This document shows, in pieces, positions 54,297 through 63,993 of a stretch of 64,000 nucleotides of DNA. Each line of letters begins with the position of its first letter. Positions within the stretch are counted from its first letter, which is position 1. Under the pieces are notes generated by a model. The model made no database searches. It had not been told where the DNA came from and saw only the letters and a program-made list of their open reading frames with translations. Where the stretch lies: NCBI GenBank assembly GCA_963829195.1, contig CAWHHS010000006.1, positions 726,510 to 790,509 on the forward strand, read 5' to 3'. A program made the position numbers and the translations under genes. Source of the stretch: an uncultured Actinomycetes bacterium (GTDB lineage Bacteria; Actinomycetota; Acidimicrobiia; IMCC26256; PALSA-610).

Positions 54297-55549
54297 CCGA
54301 GCGCTACACGATCATCTCCGCCGACGCGCACGCCGGGCTGCCGTGCGAGGAATACCGGCCGTACCTCGACCGTCGCTACCTCGCCGCCTTCGACGACTTC
54401 CTCGCCGAGCGCCGGGCGAACCGCGACGAGCAGATGGTGCTCAACTACGACTACATCACCAACTGGGAGACGACGCACGAAGAAGGGCTGCGCGGCGCGT
54501 ACGACCCTGCGCAACGCGACAAGGAGATGGACGCCGACGGCGTGGCGGCCGAGGTGATCTTCCCCGACGCCGACGCGATCACCGGGATGGAGTCACCGCC
54601 GTTCGGCGCCGGGCTCTCGGCGGGGATGATCGAAGACCCCGAGCTCGCGTTCGCGGGTGCGCGCGCCCACAACCGTTTCCTCGTCGAGCTGTGCGCGGAG
54701 AGTCCGGAACGGCGGGCCGGCGTCGGGCTCGTCCCCATCTGCCACGACGTCGAGCGGGCCGTCGCGGAGATCGAGTGGCTTGCCGACAAGCCCGGGATCG
54801 GCGGGATCATGATCCCGACCATGTGGCGTGACCACACGCCGTACAACCACCCTTCGTACGACCCGGTGTGGGCCGCGTGTCAGGCCGCGGCCTTCCCGGT
54901 GCACACGCATTCGGGCGAGGCACCGCGCGAGGAGATGAACGAATTCATCGGCATCTACCTCGCCGAAGTCGTGTTCTGGACCCACCGCCCGATCGCGCAC
55001 CTGCTGTTCAGCGGCGCGTTCGAACGCTTCCCCGGGTTGAAGTTCGTCGTGACCGAAGGCGCGTGTTACTGGGTCGCCGACATGAAGTGGAAGTGGGACC
55101 AGTACTTCGGCGGCGGGCACACCACGAAGAAGATGGCCGCGCTCATGAGGGGAATCCTGTCGAAGCTGCCGTCCGAGTACTTCGGTACGAACATCTTCGT
55201 GGGCGCGTCGACCATGTCGAAGGAGGAGATCCGCCGCCGGCACACGATCGGCTGCGACGTCGCGATGTGGGGCACCGACTACCCGCATCCGGAAGGCACG
55301 TGGCCGCACACGATCGCGCGCCTGCGCAGCGACTTCGGCGACGTGCCCGTCGGCGACGCCCGCCAACTCCTCGGGGAGACCGCGGCGAAGTGCTACGGGT
55401 TCGATCTCGAGGCGTTGCGGCCGATCGCCGCGCGCGTCGGCCCGACCCCGGAGGACCTCGGCCAGGACCCCACCCTCGTCACGACGCCGGAGGAACTCCG
55501 CAAGGCGCAGTGGTGGAAGGACGAATACCACGTCGCCTGGAACGGCTAA
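54293..55549 (+). CDS. Amidohydrolase-2 (ACMSD/LigW-like metal-dependent hydrolase/decarboxylase) family. Intact.
   Basis: YTIISADAHAG...; HTHSGE...; WGTDYPHPEGTW. Confidence 0.8.
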   Translation: MTERYTIISADAHAGLPCEEYRPYLDRRYLAAFDDFLAERRANRDEQMVLNYDYITNWETTHEEGLRGAYDPAQRDKEMDADGVAAEVIFPDADAITGMESPPFGAGLSAGMIEDPELAFAGARAHNRFLVELCAESPERRAGVGLVPICHDVERAVAEIEWLADKPGIGGIMIPTMWRDHTPYNHPSYDPVWAACQAAAFPVHTHSGEAPREEMNEFIGIYLAEVVFWTHRPIAHLLFSGAFERFPGLKFVVTEGACYWVADMKWKWDQYFGGGHTTKKMAALMRGILSKLPSEYFGTNIFVGASTMSKEEIRRRHTIGCDVAMWGTDYPHPEGTWPHTIARLRSDFGDVPVGDARQLLGETAAKCYGFDLEALRPIAARVGPTPEDLGQDPTLVTTPEELRKAQWWKDEYHVAWNG

Positions 55550-55642
55550 GGAGCGGCAGCGGAGCCTCTGTCAATACTCGCGAAGCCGCTCTGGCAGAGG
55601 CGCAGCGCGAGCGACCAATGATCAGGAGCGCGCCAGGAAGGC

Positions 55643-56887
55643 CTACCAGGCCTTGACGATCTGCTCCGCGTCGAAGGCGTTGCACGTCGAGTCGCGCGGG
55701 TAGTCGGCGGGATCGAGCGGCACCAGCAACTCCGCCTCGGTCGGCCCCACCGCGTCGCCGATCACGCGCAGTCGTTCGAGATCGAAGCCGTACACGTCGG
55801 CCGCGGTGGTCTCGAGCATGCGGCGCGTCTCCTCCGGCGGGCAGGGCGCGAACGCGGCGCGCAATGCCTCCGTCGTGTACGGGTACGAGCCCTCCGAGTG
55901 CGGGTAGTCGGCACCCCACATGATCCGGTCGACGCCCACCTCGTAGCGCAGCACGCTCTCGGAAGGTCGCAGAAAGCTCGCGCCGACCCAGAAGTTGCGC
56001 CGGAAGTACTCGCTCGGTGTGAGCGACAGCGCGCCGGCCACCGCGCCGAAGAACACCGCCTCCGCCGCGCCGCCGTGGGTCATGCGGCGATGGAACCAGT
56101 CGAGCGTGTCGATGCCCCGCGGGATCCAGCTCGTGCCCTGCTCGGTCAGCACGACGCGCAGGTTCGGGTGCCGTTCGAGCACGCCCCCGAAGATGAGGTG
56201 CCACACCGCCCGGTGGGAGAACCAGGCCAGCTCGATCAGCATGATCGCCCGCGCGGCCTCGGCCTCGCCGAAGTCGGGGAGGCCGCTGCCGCTGTGCACG
56301 TTCAACACGACGCCGTGTTCCTCGCACAGGTCCCAGAGCGGTTCGTAGCACGGGTCCCAGAGTGGTGGCACCGCGGAGTTCGGGGCGACGTTGGGCAGCA
56401 GGATCCCGCCGAAGACGTCGATGTTGTCCTTCGCCCACCGGACCTCGCCGAGCGCGTCGTCGACATCGTTCAGGAAGATCTGCGCGAGCCCGCCGCGCCG
56501 CCCGGGTGCGGCCGCGCAGAAGTCGGCCATCCACCGGTTGTGTGCTTGCAGACCCGCCCAGCGCCGCTCGTAGTCGGCCGCGGTCGGTTCGAGGGCCGTG
56601 AGGTTTCCCTGCGCGAAGAACGGCGGCACGGTGTTCGGGAACAACACCTCGGCCACGACCCCTTGCGACTCGGTCTCCTTCAGCCGGCGTTCGCTGTCCC
56701 AGCTGCGGTACGCGGTCGGCGCCAACAGATCGGCGAACGGGTTCACGTACGCATCGGCCCAGGCGTCGAACTCGTCGTGCCAGCGCGACGCGAGGTACGG
56801 CTTGTACGCCCGGAGCTCGGCGCCGGCGTGGCCGTCGACGGAGATGACCGTGTACCTCCGCGTGGGTTCCGACCCTTGGTCGTGCAC
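55643..56887 (-). CDS. Amidohydrolase-2 family paralogue of the 54293..55549 protein.
   Basis: GTG start with a GGGAGG Shine-Dalgarno site; YTVISVDGHAG...NVHSGSG...WGADYPHSEGSYP. About 35-40% identical to the neighbouring paralogue by eye. Confidence 0.8.
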   Translation of the reverse strand: MHDQGSEPTRRYTVISVDGHAGAELRAYKPYLASRWHDEFDAWADAYVNPFADLLAPTAYRSWDSERRLKETESQGVVAEVLFPNTVPPFFAQGNLTALEPTAADYERRWAGLQAHNRWMADFCAAAPGRRGGLAQIFLNDVDDALGEVRWAKDNIDVFGGILLPNVAPNSAVPPLWDPCYEPLWDLCEEHGVVLNVHSGSGLPDFGEAEAARAIMLIELAWFSHRAVWHLIFGGVLERHPNLRVVLTEQGTSWIPRGIDTLDWFHRRMTHGGAAEAVFFGAVAGALSLTPSEYFRRNFWVGASFLRPSESVLRYEVGVDRIMWGADYPHSEGSYPYTTEALRAAFAPCPPEETRRMLETTAADVYGFDLERLRVIGDAVGPTEAELLVPLDPADYPRDSTCNAFDAEQIVKAW

Positions 56888-56918
56888 GTCACCCTCCCCG
56901 AACGGCGTCGGGTGAACG

Positions 56919-58877
56919 CTACCGCGCGCCGCCGGTTTCGGGACCGCCGGCCGGCACGACCGCATCGCGGTGTTCCGTGTCGCGGGCCGAGTCGCGCCCC
57001 GGGACGCGCTGCGCGTCGATCCGGGCCTGCAGCTCGGTCTCCGGCAGGGCCTTCGCCCAAAGCCATCCCTGCGCGCGGGTACATCCGAGCTCGACCAGCA
57101 GGCGCGCCTGTTCCGGCGTCTCGACGCCCTCCGACACGACGTCGAGTCCGAGATCGTGGGCGAGGGAGATCACGCGCCGGACGATGGCGGCGTCACGGTC
57201 GTCGCGCGTCAATTCGCACACGAACGTCCGGTCGATCTTGACCCGATCGATCGTGAGCGAACGCAACAGCGTGAGCGACGAGTGCCCGGTGCCGAAGTCG
57301 TCGAGGGCGACCTTCACGCCGAGCGCGCGGGCCGCGGCGATCTCACGCGCGGCGACCTCGATGTCGGGGAGCACCGCGGTCTCGGTGATCTCCAACCCGA
57401 TCAGGTTCGGGTCGCAACCCGTGCGCTCGAAGAGCCGGGCGAGCTGCTCCGCGGGCTTGCCGCGGGTCAGGCGGGTCGCGGACACGTTGCACCAGATGCG
57501 GAAGTCGCCGCCGACGCCGAGCGCCGCGAGCCGGGCGCGCGTGGTCACCGCGCTCTCCACGATCGCGTCGTCGAGCAGGTACACGAGACCCGTCTCCTCG
57601 GCGAGCGGCACGAACTTCCAGGCGTCGAGGATCCCCCGCTCGGGGTGGTCCCAGCGGGCGAGCGCCTCGGCGCCGATGAAGCGCCCCGTCAACAGGTCGA
57701 CTTCGGGCTGGAACCACGCGATGATCCGGCCCGACGAGATCGCCGCGCGCAGCGCGTGCTCGTCGTCGAGGCGCGACTCGATCGCGGCCCGCAACTTGAT
57801 GTCGAACACCTCGATGCGGTTCCGGCCCGACTGCTTCGCCCGGTATTGGGCCGCGTCGGCGAACGACAGGAGGGCCTCGGCGTCGTCCGTCGCGTCGAGG
57901 GTCGTCGCGACACCGATGCTGGCCGAGACGTTGATGAAACGGCCGTCGACCCGGAACGGCTGCACGAACGCCTCCGCGACGCGTTCCGCGATGACGACGG
58001 CTTCGCCGGTGCTGTGGAGCTGGTCGAGCAACATCGTGAACTCGTCGCCGCCAAGACGCGCGAGCACGTCGGTACTGCGGAGCATGCGGTGCACGCGCTC
58101 GGCGATCTCGACGAGGAGCATGTCGCCGGCCGCGTGCCCGAGCGAGTCGTTGACGACCTTGAGCCGGTCGACGTCGAAGTAGAGGACACCGACGATCGTG
58201 CCCTCGTCCCGGGCGTGCGCGACCGCGCCTTGCAGGACGTCGACGAATCCGGCGCGATTCGCGAGCCCGGTCAGCTCGTCGCGCAGCGCGCGCCGCGTCA
58301 GCTGCGCGTTCGCCTCGAGCAGCCGCGCGTTCGCCTCGTCGTTGTGCTCGCGCAGTTGCAGCTCGCTCACCACCACGCCGTGGACCTCGTGGTGGAGCGA
58401 CGTCATTACGACGAAGTAGATCGGCACCGCGAAGCCGAGCAGCCGCGTGACCCGGTCGGGGGAAGCCATGAACACGACCGCGACCGGGACCAGCATGGGG
58501 ATCTGTGACGCGAAGAAGTAGAGACGCCGCGCCGCCGTCCCGACGACATAGGTCGCCGAGCAGCCGCAGACGAAGAGCATGTAGACCGCGCGCAGGTCGA
58601 CGTCATGAGAGCTGGGCAGCGCGAACACCGCCATCGAACCCCACGCACCCGCGATGACCATCGTGCCGAGCAGGCCGATCGGGTAGTCCTGCAGCACGAC
58701 GCCGCGGCGGCGCCGCCGCAGATAGCAACCGGCCGCGATCATGGTCGCGACGTCGGCGATCGAGACCACCGCGACGAACGCGACGCGGCGCGAGGCCGGT
58801 ACCGAGGAGCCCATGATGAGGGCGAGCAACGTCGAGGCGGGGATCCCGAGCAGCGAGCTGCGCCAGAGCGCGCGCAT
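56919..58877 (-). CDS. Membrane-anchored GGDEF-EAL (diguanylate cyclase / phosphodiesterase) c-di-GMP signalling protein.
   Basis: N-terminal multi-TM region; GGDEF domain (RLGGDEFTMLL); EAL domain (EALARWDHPERG...; LEITE...; DDFGTGHSSL). Confidence 0.85.
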   Translation of the reverse strand: MRALWRSSLLGIPASTLLALIMGSSVPASRRVAFVAVVSIADVATMIAAGCYLRRRRRGVVLQDYPIGLLGTMVIAGAWGSMAVFALPSSHDVDLRAVYMLFVCGCSATYVVGTAARRLYFFASQIPMLVPVAVVFMASPDRVTRLLGFAVPIYFVVMTSLHHEVHGVVVSELQLREHNDEANARLLEANAQLTRRALRDELTGLANRAGFVDVLQGAVAHARDEGTIVGVLYFDVDRLKVVNDSLGHAAGDMLLVEIAERVHRMLRSTDVLARLGGDEFTMLLDQLHSTGEAVVIAERVAEAFVQPFRVDGRFINVSASIGVATTLDATDDAEALLSFADAAQYRAKQSGRNRIEVFDIKLRAAIESRLDDEHALRAAISSGRIIAWFQPEVDLLTGRFIGAEALARWDHPERGILDAWKFVPLAEETGLVYLLDDAIVESAVTTRARLAALGVGGDFRIWCNVSATRLTRGKPAEQLARLFERTGCDPNLIGLEITETAVLPDIEVAAREIAAARALGVKVALDDFGTGHSSLTLLRSLTIDRVKIDRTFVCELTRDDRDAAIVRRVISLAHDLGLDVVSEGVETPEQARLLVELGCTRAQGWLWAKALPETELQARIDAQRVPGRDSARDTEHRDAVVPAGGPETGGAR

Positions 58878-59056
58878 GACTTGATCGAGGCATGCCGCAC
58901 GCGCGGCATCGCTGAGCGGGCTCCGGCTCACGCGAGCGATATCGGGCGCCGGAGGCCGGGCCTTGACGCCGCAATGCGCCCCGGATCCTCCTCGGGAAGC
59001 GAATGACCCGATCGCGGCTTTCGGTCCCGGGACGAGGCCCGCGGCCCGGGCTCCGG

Positions 59057-61507
59057 TCAGAACTTCTTTCCCGCGGGCAGCGTGAACGGGGAGTTCGACA
59101 GCAACGCGCCCGCGGAATCGGCGATCGTCGGTGACGCCGTGTAGATCGGCGTGCTCGTCGAGACGCTCGCAACGGTGCCAGAGGCCTTCGAGCCGAGCTT
59201 GATCACGAGCTTGTAGGTGCTCGCGGTCCACGAGATCGTCGATCTCGTCGAGGTCTTCGAACCCCTGAACGTCGACGACGAGCTCACATACCCGGCCGAC
59301 GCGAGGTTGATCGAGCCGAAGTTGAAGGTGCAGGTGGCGCTCGTCACAGTGAGGGTGTCGGCCGGGCCGTTCGTCACGGTCACCGTCACGTCGCTGAGCG
59401 CGTTGAGCACCTGGTCGGTCGTGTCGCCCGACCAGGTCGAGCAGAACGTGGTGACGTCCATCTGTGCCGAGAACACCACGGTCACCGTGTCGCCCGCGTC
59501 GATCGTGCCCGACGACCCGGTCCCGTTCGCGAGCGTGACGCTCGAGATCGCGGGCGGAACGCCGACGCCGAGGGTCAGGCTCTTGGTGGCCGTCGCACCG
59601 GCGGCGTCGGTGAGCGTGACGACGACGGTCGACGAGCCCGTCGCGGTCGGGGTTCCCGAGATGGTCCCGGATGCCGAGCCGATCGCGAGACCGGCGGGCA
59701 GGCCGGTCGCCGACCACGTCAACGGTGAGGTACCACCGGTACTCTCCAGGGTCGAGCTGTACACGAGCGTCTTTTCGCCGGACGGCAGTGTCGCCGTCGA
59801 GATCGCGGGCGCGGCGCTGATCGTCACGGTGAACGACGCGGTGTCGGGGTCGTCGCCGAGCGCGTCGTTGAGCGTCACGATGACCGACGCCGTCGCCGGC
59901 GCGGTCGGGATCCCGGACACGACCCCGGTGACGGTGTTCATCGCCAGGCCGGCCGGTAGTCCCGTCGCCGACCACGCGTAGAACGTGTCACCGCCGGCGG
60001 CGGTGAACGCGGTCGACGGGTACGTCCGCCCGACCGTCCATGCCGGCATCGACGCGGGCGCGGTGATCGACAGCGGAACGGGCGAAGCGCCGATGACGAT
60101 GCCCGCGCTGCCCTCCATGACGATCGTCTGTGCGACGAGCGACGTGGCTCTCGGCGCCTGCGCGTTGCCCGAAAGCAGGACCTTCGCCTTCGGTACGTAG
60201 ACCCCGCCCGCGAAGACGACGGCGCCGCCGGCCGCGACGTTGAACGTCGAGGTGTCGGCTGCGGCCTGCCACACGACCAGGCCCGCATACGCGCCGGTCG
60301 TCATCGCCGTGACCGTGACGACGGCGGCGCCGTCGATGTTGAACGTGCCGCCCGTGACGTAGATCAGGACACCGCCCGGCGCGGTCGTGAGCGTGGCGCC
60401 CGCGGTCACCGAGAAGCCGGCCTTGAAGACGTAGATGCCGCTCGCGAGCGTGCAGTTGACGGCTCCGGCGACGACGAACGAGCTCGTGTAGGTACCCGCG
60501 AGGGTCGTGGCCGATCCATCCCTCCCGCCACATGCGTTGGTCCGGTTCGGCTGGGTCGCGGGCGCCGCCAGACCGGCGTACGGGTCGGTGATCGGGGTGG
60601 GATACGAGGTCCACACCGGGCAGTGACTGCCTCCGCTGGCGACGCAGGTTCCGCCCTGCAAGATCGACGTGCTCCCCGCGCTGAAGATGCCGCTCCCCGA
60701 CAGGTTGATCGCCTTGCAGCTCCCGTTGTCCGCCGTGTTGACGGACGCCTTGCCGTACACCTTCACGCCGATGGGCGAGCCGCCCGAGACGTCGATCCCA
60801 CAACCGCCAGTCCCGAACACGACGAGCGACTGCGGGGGCGACGGCGTGACCGGCACCCCGCCGCCGATCATCTTCCGGAAGGCCGCGGTCAGGCTGTACG
60901 AGTACGGCGTCGCGCCGACGTTGTCGGGCGTCTCGGTGATCGACACGGTGATCGACGTCGGCGAGCCGGTGCAGTCCGCGATCGGGTCGCAGACGACCGT
61001 CACGGCCGCGACGCTGCTCGCCAGGACGGCGTCGCTCTGGAGCACGCCGCCTTCGCAGTGGCGGCGCAGCAGCGATCCGGAGACGAGCACATAGTCAATG
61101 ATGTTGGCGGTCGTCGTTCCCGCGGCACTCGTCGCGAGCCAGTTGAAGCGCGCGACCGCCGTCTGCGCGCCCGCGACGGGCGGGTTCGGGTCGGGGCAGG
61201 ACGCGGTGTCGGTCAGCGAGATCTCCGGACCGCTCGAGTTGCGCGCGTCGCTCACGATGTAGGCGGCGGCCAGACGCGCGTCGGCCGACTTCTTCAGGCT
61301 CTCGTTGACCGACGAACCGCCCTGGAGCACGACGACGAACGCGGTGGCGAGAGCGGTGAAGATGATCGTCTCGATCATGACCGCGACGATCAGCTCGGCG
61401 AGCGTGAACCCGGACTCGTCGCGTTCGCCGCACCGGTTCCGGACGGCATCGATGCGACGCCGAACGCCGCGACGGGTTCGCGGCGCGACCCTCACTGGTT
61501 GCTCCAC
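59057..61507 (-). CDS. Large (816 aa) type IV pilin-like / pseudopilin-like protein with C-terminal 'putative Ig'-type tandem domains. Candidate pilus-tip adhesin.
   Basis: Class III signal: basic leader ending ...RDESG|FTLAELIVAVMIETIIF (Gly-1, Glu+5). Then Gly/Thr/Ser/Ala-rich beta-rich sequence with repeated ATGLPAGLA..TGV.SGTPTA motifs. Confidence 0.7.
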   Translation of the reverse strand: MEQPVRVAPRTRRGVRRRIDAVRNRCGERDESGFTLAELIVAVMIETIIFTALATAFVVVLQGGSSVNESLKKSADARLAAAYIVSDARNSSGPEISLTDTASCPDPNPPVAGAQTAVARFNWLATSAAGTTTANIIDYVLVSGSLLRRHCEGGVLQSDAVLASSVAAVTVVCDPIADCTGSPTSITVSITETPDNVGATPYSYSLTAAFRKMIGGGVPVTPSPPQSLVVFGTGGCGIDVSGGSPIGVKVYGKASVNTADNGSCKAINLSGSGIFSAGSTSILQGGTCVASGGSHCPVWTSYPTPITDPYAGLAAPATQPNRTNACGGRDGSATTLAGTYTSSFVVAGAVNCTLASGIYVFKAGFSVTAGATLTTAPGGVLIYVTGGTFNIDGAAVVTVTAMTTGAYAGLVVWQAAADTSTFNVAAGGAVVFAGGVYVPKAKVLLSGNAQAPRATSLVAQTIVMEGSAGIVIGASPVPLSITAPASMPAWTVGRTYPSTAFTAAGGDTFYAWSATGLPAGLAMNTVTGVVSGIPTAPATASVIVTLNDALGDDPDTASFTVTISAAPAISTATLPSGEKTLVYSSTLESTGGTSPLTWSATGLPAGLAIGSASGTISGTPTATGSSTVVVTLTDAAGATATKSLTLGVGVPPAISSVTLANGTGSSGTIDAGDTVTVVFSAQMDVTTFCSTWSGDTTDQVLNALSDVTVTVTNGPADTLTVTSATCTFNFGSINLASAGYVSSSSTFRGSKTSTRSTISWTASTYKLVIKLGSKASGTVASVSTSTPIYTASPTIADSAGALLSNSPFTLPAGKKF

Positions 61508-61971
61508 GACTGGATCGACACCGAGCCGCAGTCACACTGGGTGTCGTAGAAGGTCACATCGGCCCGCAGCAGGGACTGGCTGTCCGGGCACGGCGCCGCG
61601 ACCGAGGCCGCGCAGACGGAGAGCACCACGTGCCGCTGCGCGACGGGAGCCGAGAAGGGGGTGCAGTCGACGCGCAACGGCCGCGTGGGCGTGTTGAGCG
61701 TGAACGACGGCGTGAACGACGCGCACGTGCCCACGAATCCTTGCGTCGAATCCGCCCTGATCGTCGCGATCGCGGCCTGCATCGCGGCATCGGCGTCGTA
61801 GTCGGAACCCCGAGCCGTCCGAACGACCGCCGTCGCCTGGGAGCTGGAGCTCGCGAAGTCGAGGAGCACCGCCACGATCAGCGCGGTCGCGGCAAGAAAG
61901 ATCAGCGCGAGCTCCAACGCGGCGCCGTCCTCCCCGCGACCGCGGCGGGCACGCGTGCGACCCGGGCTCAC
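61492..61971 (-). CDS. TadE-like / minor pilin-like protein.
   Basis: GTG start overlaps the upstream stop (GTGA). ...RGRGEDGAALELALIFLAATALIVAVLLDF matches the TadE-like N-terminal motif. Cys-rich C-terminus. Confidence 0.45.
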   Translation of the reverse strand: MSPGRTRARRGRGEDGAALELALIFLAATALIVAVLLDFASSSSQATAVVRTARGSDYDADAAMQAAIATIRADSTQGFVGTCASFTPSFTLNTPTRPLRVDCTPFSAPVAQRHVVLSVCAASVAAPCPDSQSLLRADVTFYDTQCDCGSVSIQSWSNQ

Positions 61972-62381
61972 GACTGGCGCACCACCATCCGAAGCAGTTC
62001 GACCGCGCCGCTCGGCGCCGACGCGGAGATCGTCACCGTCTGGAACTGCGGCGTCGCGGCGTCGGTCGCGGGGCACGCGCCGAAGCTGGGGGTGACGGTG
62101 AAGCCCGTGGGGGGAGTCCAAGGCACGGTGTAGGAGGTGCTGCACCACGGTCCCGATTGCGCGCTCGCCTGCGCGACCGCGAGGTCGAGCGCCTCCGCGT
62201 AGTCGCGCGCGACGACGCTCGTGGTGGTGAGCTGACGGTTCTGAATCGAGCTGGTGAACAGCACCCCCATCCCGGTCACGAGCATGATGACGGTCGACGC
62301 CATGATCACGGACGCGACGAGGACCTCGATCAGTGTCGAACCGTCCTCATCCTCGTGCGACTCGCCGCCTGCCCGTCGCAC
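61968..62381 (-). CDS. Type IV pilin / pseudopilin-like protein (137 aa).
   Basis: Prepilin site ...EDEDG|STLIEVLVASVIMASTVIMLVTG (Glu+5). Intact. Confidence 0.65.
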   Translation of the reverse strand: MRRAGGESHEDEDGSTLIEVLVASVIMASTVIMLVTGMGVLFTSSIQNRQLTTTSVVARDYAEALDLAVAQASAQSGPWCSTSYTVPWTPPTGFTVTPSFGACPATDAATPQFQTVTISASAPSGAVELLRMVVRQS

Positions 62382-62387
62382 CGATGG

Positions 62388-62813
62388 TCAACCCTCTTCG
62401 AACGGTTCGGTGCGCGCGAGTTGGTCGAACCAGTCGGGCTCGAGCAACGCGAGATGGAGCTCGAGCGCGTCGACCATCTCCAGCGGACCGCCGCCCCGAC
62501 GGGCGCTCGGCGTCGGCCGCGTCCAGATCTCCACCGCCAGCCCGGCCGCGACCGCGGGCAGCGCGAGCGAGACGGGCGTCGTGTCGACGAAAGTGGTGTC
62601 ACAACTCGAGCACCGGGCGCGGTACGACCAGCTGTTGTCGTCGATGCAATTGCGGACGACCACCCGGTCGGCGCGTACGCGCACGATCCCGCACTCCGGG
62701 CACGTGACCCTGACCCACGGCGTCGCGGATCCGATCTTCGCGGCCGGCACCGGATTCGGTCGGGCGTTCACGCGTGGTCGCGATCGTTGGGGTCCCTGCG
62801 ACGGGCTTGCCAT
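62388..62813 (-). CDS. Hypothetical zinc-ribbon protein.
   Basis: CPECGIVRV...NC...CSSCD four-Cys pattern; about 141 aa. Confidence 0.45.
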   Translation of the reverse strand: MASPSQGPQRSRPRVNARPNPVPAAKIGSATPWVRVTCPECGIVRVRADRVVVRNCIDDNSWSYRARCSSCDTTFVDTTPVSLALPAVAAGLAVEIWTRPTPSARRGGGPLEMVDALELHLALLEPDWFDQLARTEPFEEG

Positions 62814-62910
62814 CTGCACACCTCCGGCTCTGACGCCGCCTCCGCAGCGGGCGTCACCGCCACGTTGCGCTCCCGCCCGTGACGTCGACGTGACCCGGTC
62901 GTGAACGCCA

Positions 62911-63993
62911 TCAGCCGGCGGGCGCGACAACGGGCGCGACGACGGGCGCGACAACGCGGCGAACGATGTCGGCCGGTCGCATCGACTGCGCGACGGCGTC
63001 GTCGTAGGAGACCAGTCCGGATGCGACGAGCTCGTTCAGGGCGGTGTCGAGTGTCAGCATCCCTTCGCTGCGGCCGCTGTGGATCACGTTGCGGAGCTGG
63101 TACGTCCGACCCTCCCGCACGAGATTGCGGATGGCGTCGTTCGCGACGAGCAGCTCGAAGGCCGCGACCAATCCACCGCCGCGACGCGGCAGTAGCCGCT
63201 GGGACACGACCACCGCCAGCGACGCCGCGAGCTGGACGCGGATCTGGGTCTGGCGCTCGGCCGGGAACACGTCGGAGATCCGGTCGAGCGACTGCGCGGC
63301 GTCGTTCGTGTGGAGTGTCGCGAAGACCAGATGACCCGTCTCGGCGAGGGTGAGCGCGAACTGGATCGTCTCCGGGTCGCGCATCTCGCCGACGAGCACG
63401 ACATCGGGGTCCTCCCGCAACGCGGCGCGCAACGCGTGTGCGAACGACCTGGTGTCGGTGCCGACCTCGCGCTGGTCGACGGCCGCGACCCGATGCTGGT
63501 GCGTGTATTCGATCGGGTCCTCGATCGTCAGGATGTGGACCGGACGCGAGCTGTTGATGTACTGGATCATCGATGCGAGCGTCGTCGACTTTCCCGATCC
63601 GGTCGGTCCGGTGACGAGGACGAAACCCTGTTTGAGCTCGCAGGTCGCCGCGATGACCGGCGGGATGCCGAGCTCCTCGGGGGTCGGGATCGCGAGCGGT
63701 ATCGCCCGGACCGACATCGCGAGCTCACCGCTGCGGAAGAAGCAGTTCGCACGGAACCGGTGGCTCTCCGCGAAGGAGAACGACAGGTCGAGGTCGCGCT
63801 CCTCGTGGAGCTTCGCCTGCAGCTCGTCGGTCAGGAGTGCCTCGATGATGGCCGAGCATTCGGTCGCTCCGAGAGTCGGCGCGTCCTTGATGGGGACCAG
63901 CCGGCCGTCGACCCGCACCCGCGCCGGCGAGCCCGGCGTGATGAGCAGGTCGGTCCCGCGGAGGCGGATGACCTCCGCGAGATACGCCTCCAT
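62911..63993 (-). CDS. pilT: PilT-family type IV pilus retraction ATPase. Intact.
   Basis: Walker A GPTGSGKSTTLASM; PilT motifs ILTIEDPIEY, GEMRDPETI, ATLHTNDAAQSLDRI. Confidence 0.9.
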   Translation of the reverse strand: MEAYLAEVIRLRGTDLLITPGSPARVRVDGRLVPIKDAPTLGATECSAIIEALLTDELQAKLHEERDLDLSFSFAESHRFRANCFFRSGELAMSVRAIPLAIPTPEELGIPPVIAATCELKQGFVLVTGPTGSGKSTTLASMIQYINSSRPVHILTIEDPIEYTHQHRVAAVDQREVGTDTRSFAHALRAALREDPDVVLVGEMRDPETIQFALTLAETGHLVFATLHTNDAAQSLDRISDVFPAERQTQIRVQLAASLAVVVSQRLLPRRGGGLVAAFELLVANDAIRNLVREGRTYQLRNVIHSGRSEGMLTLDTALNELVASGLVSYDDAVAQSMRPADIVRRVVAPVVAPVVAPAG

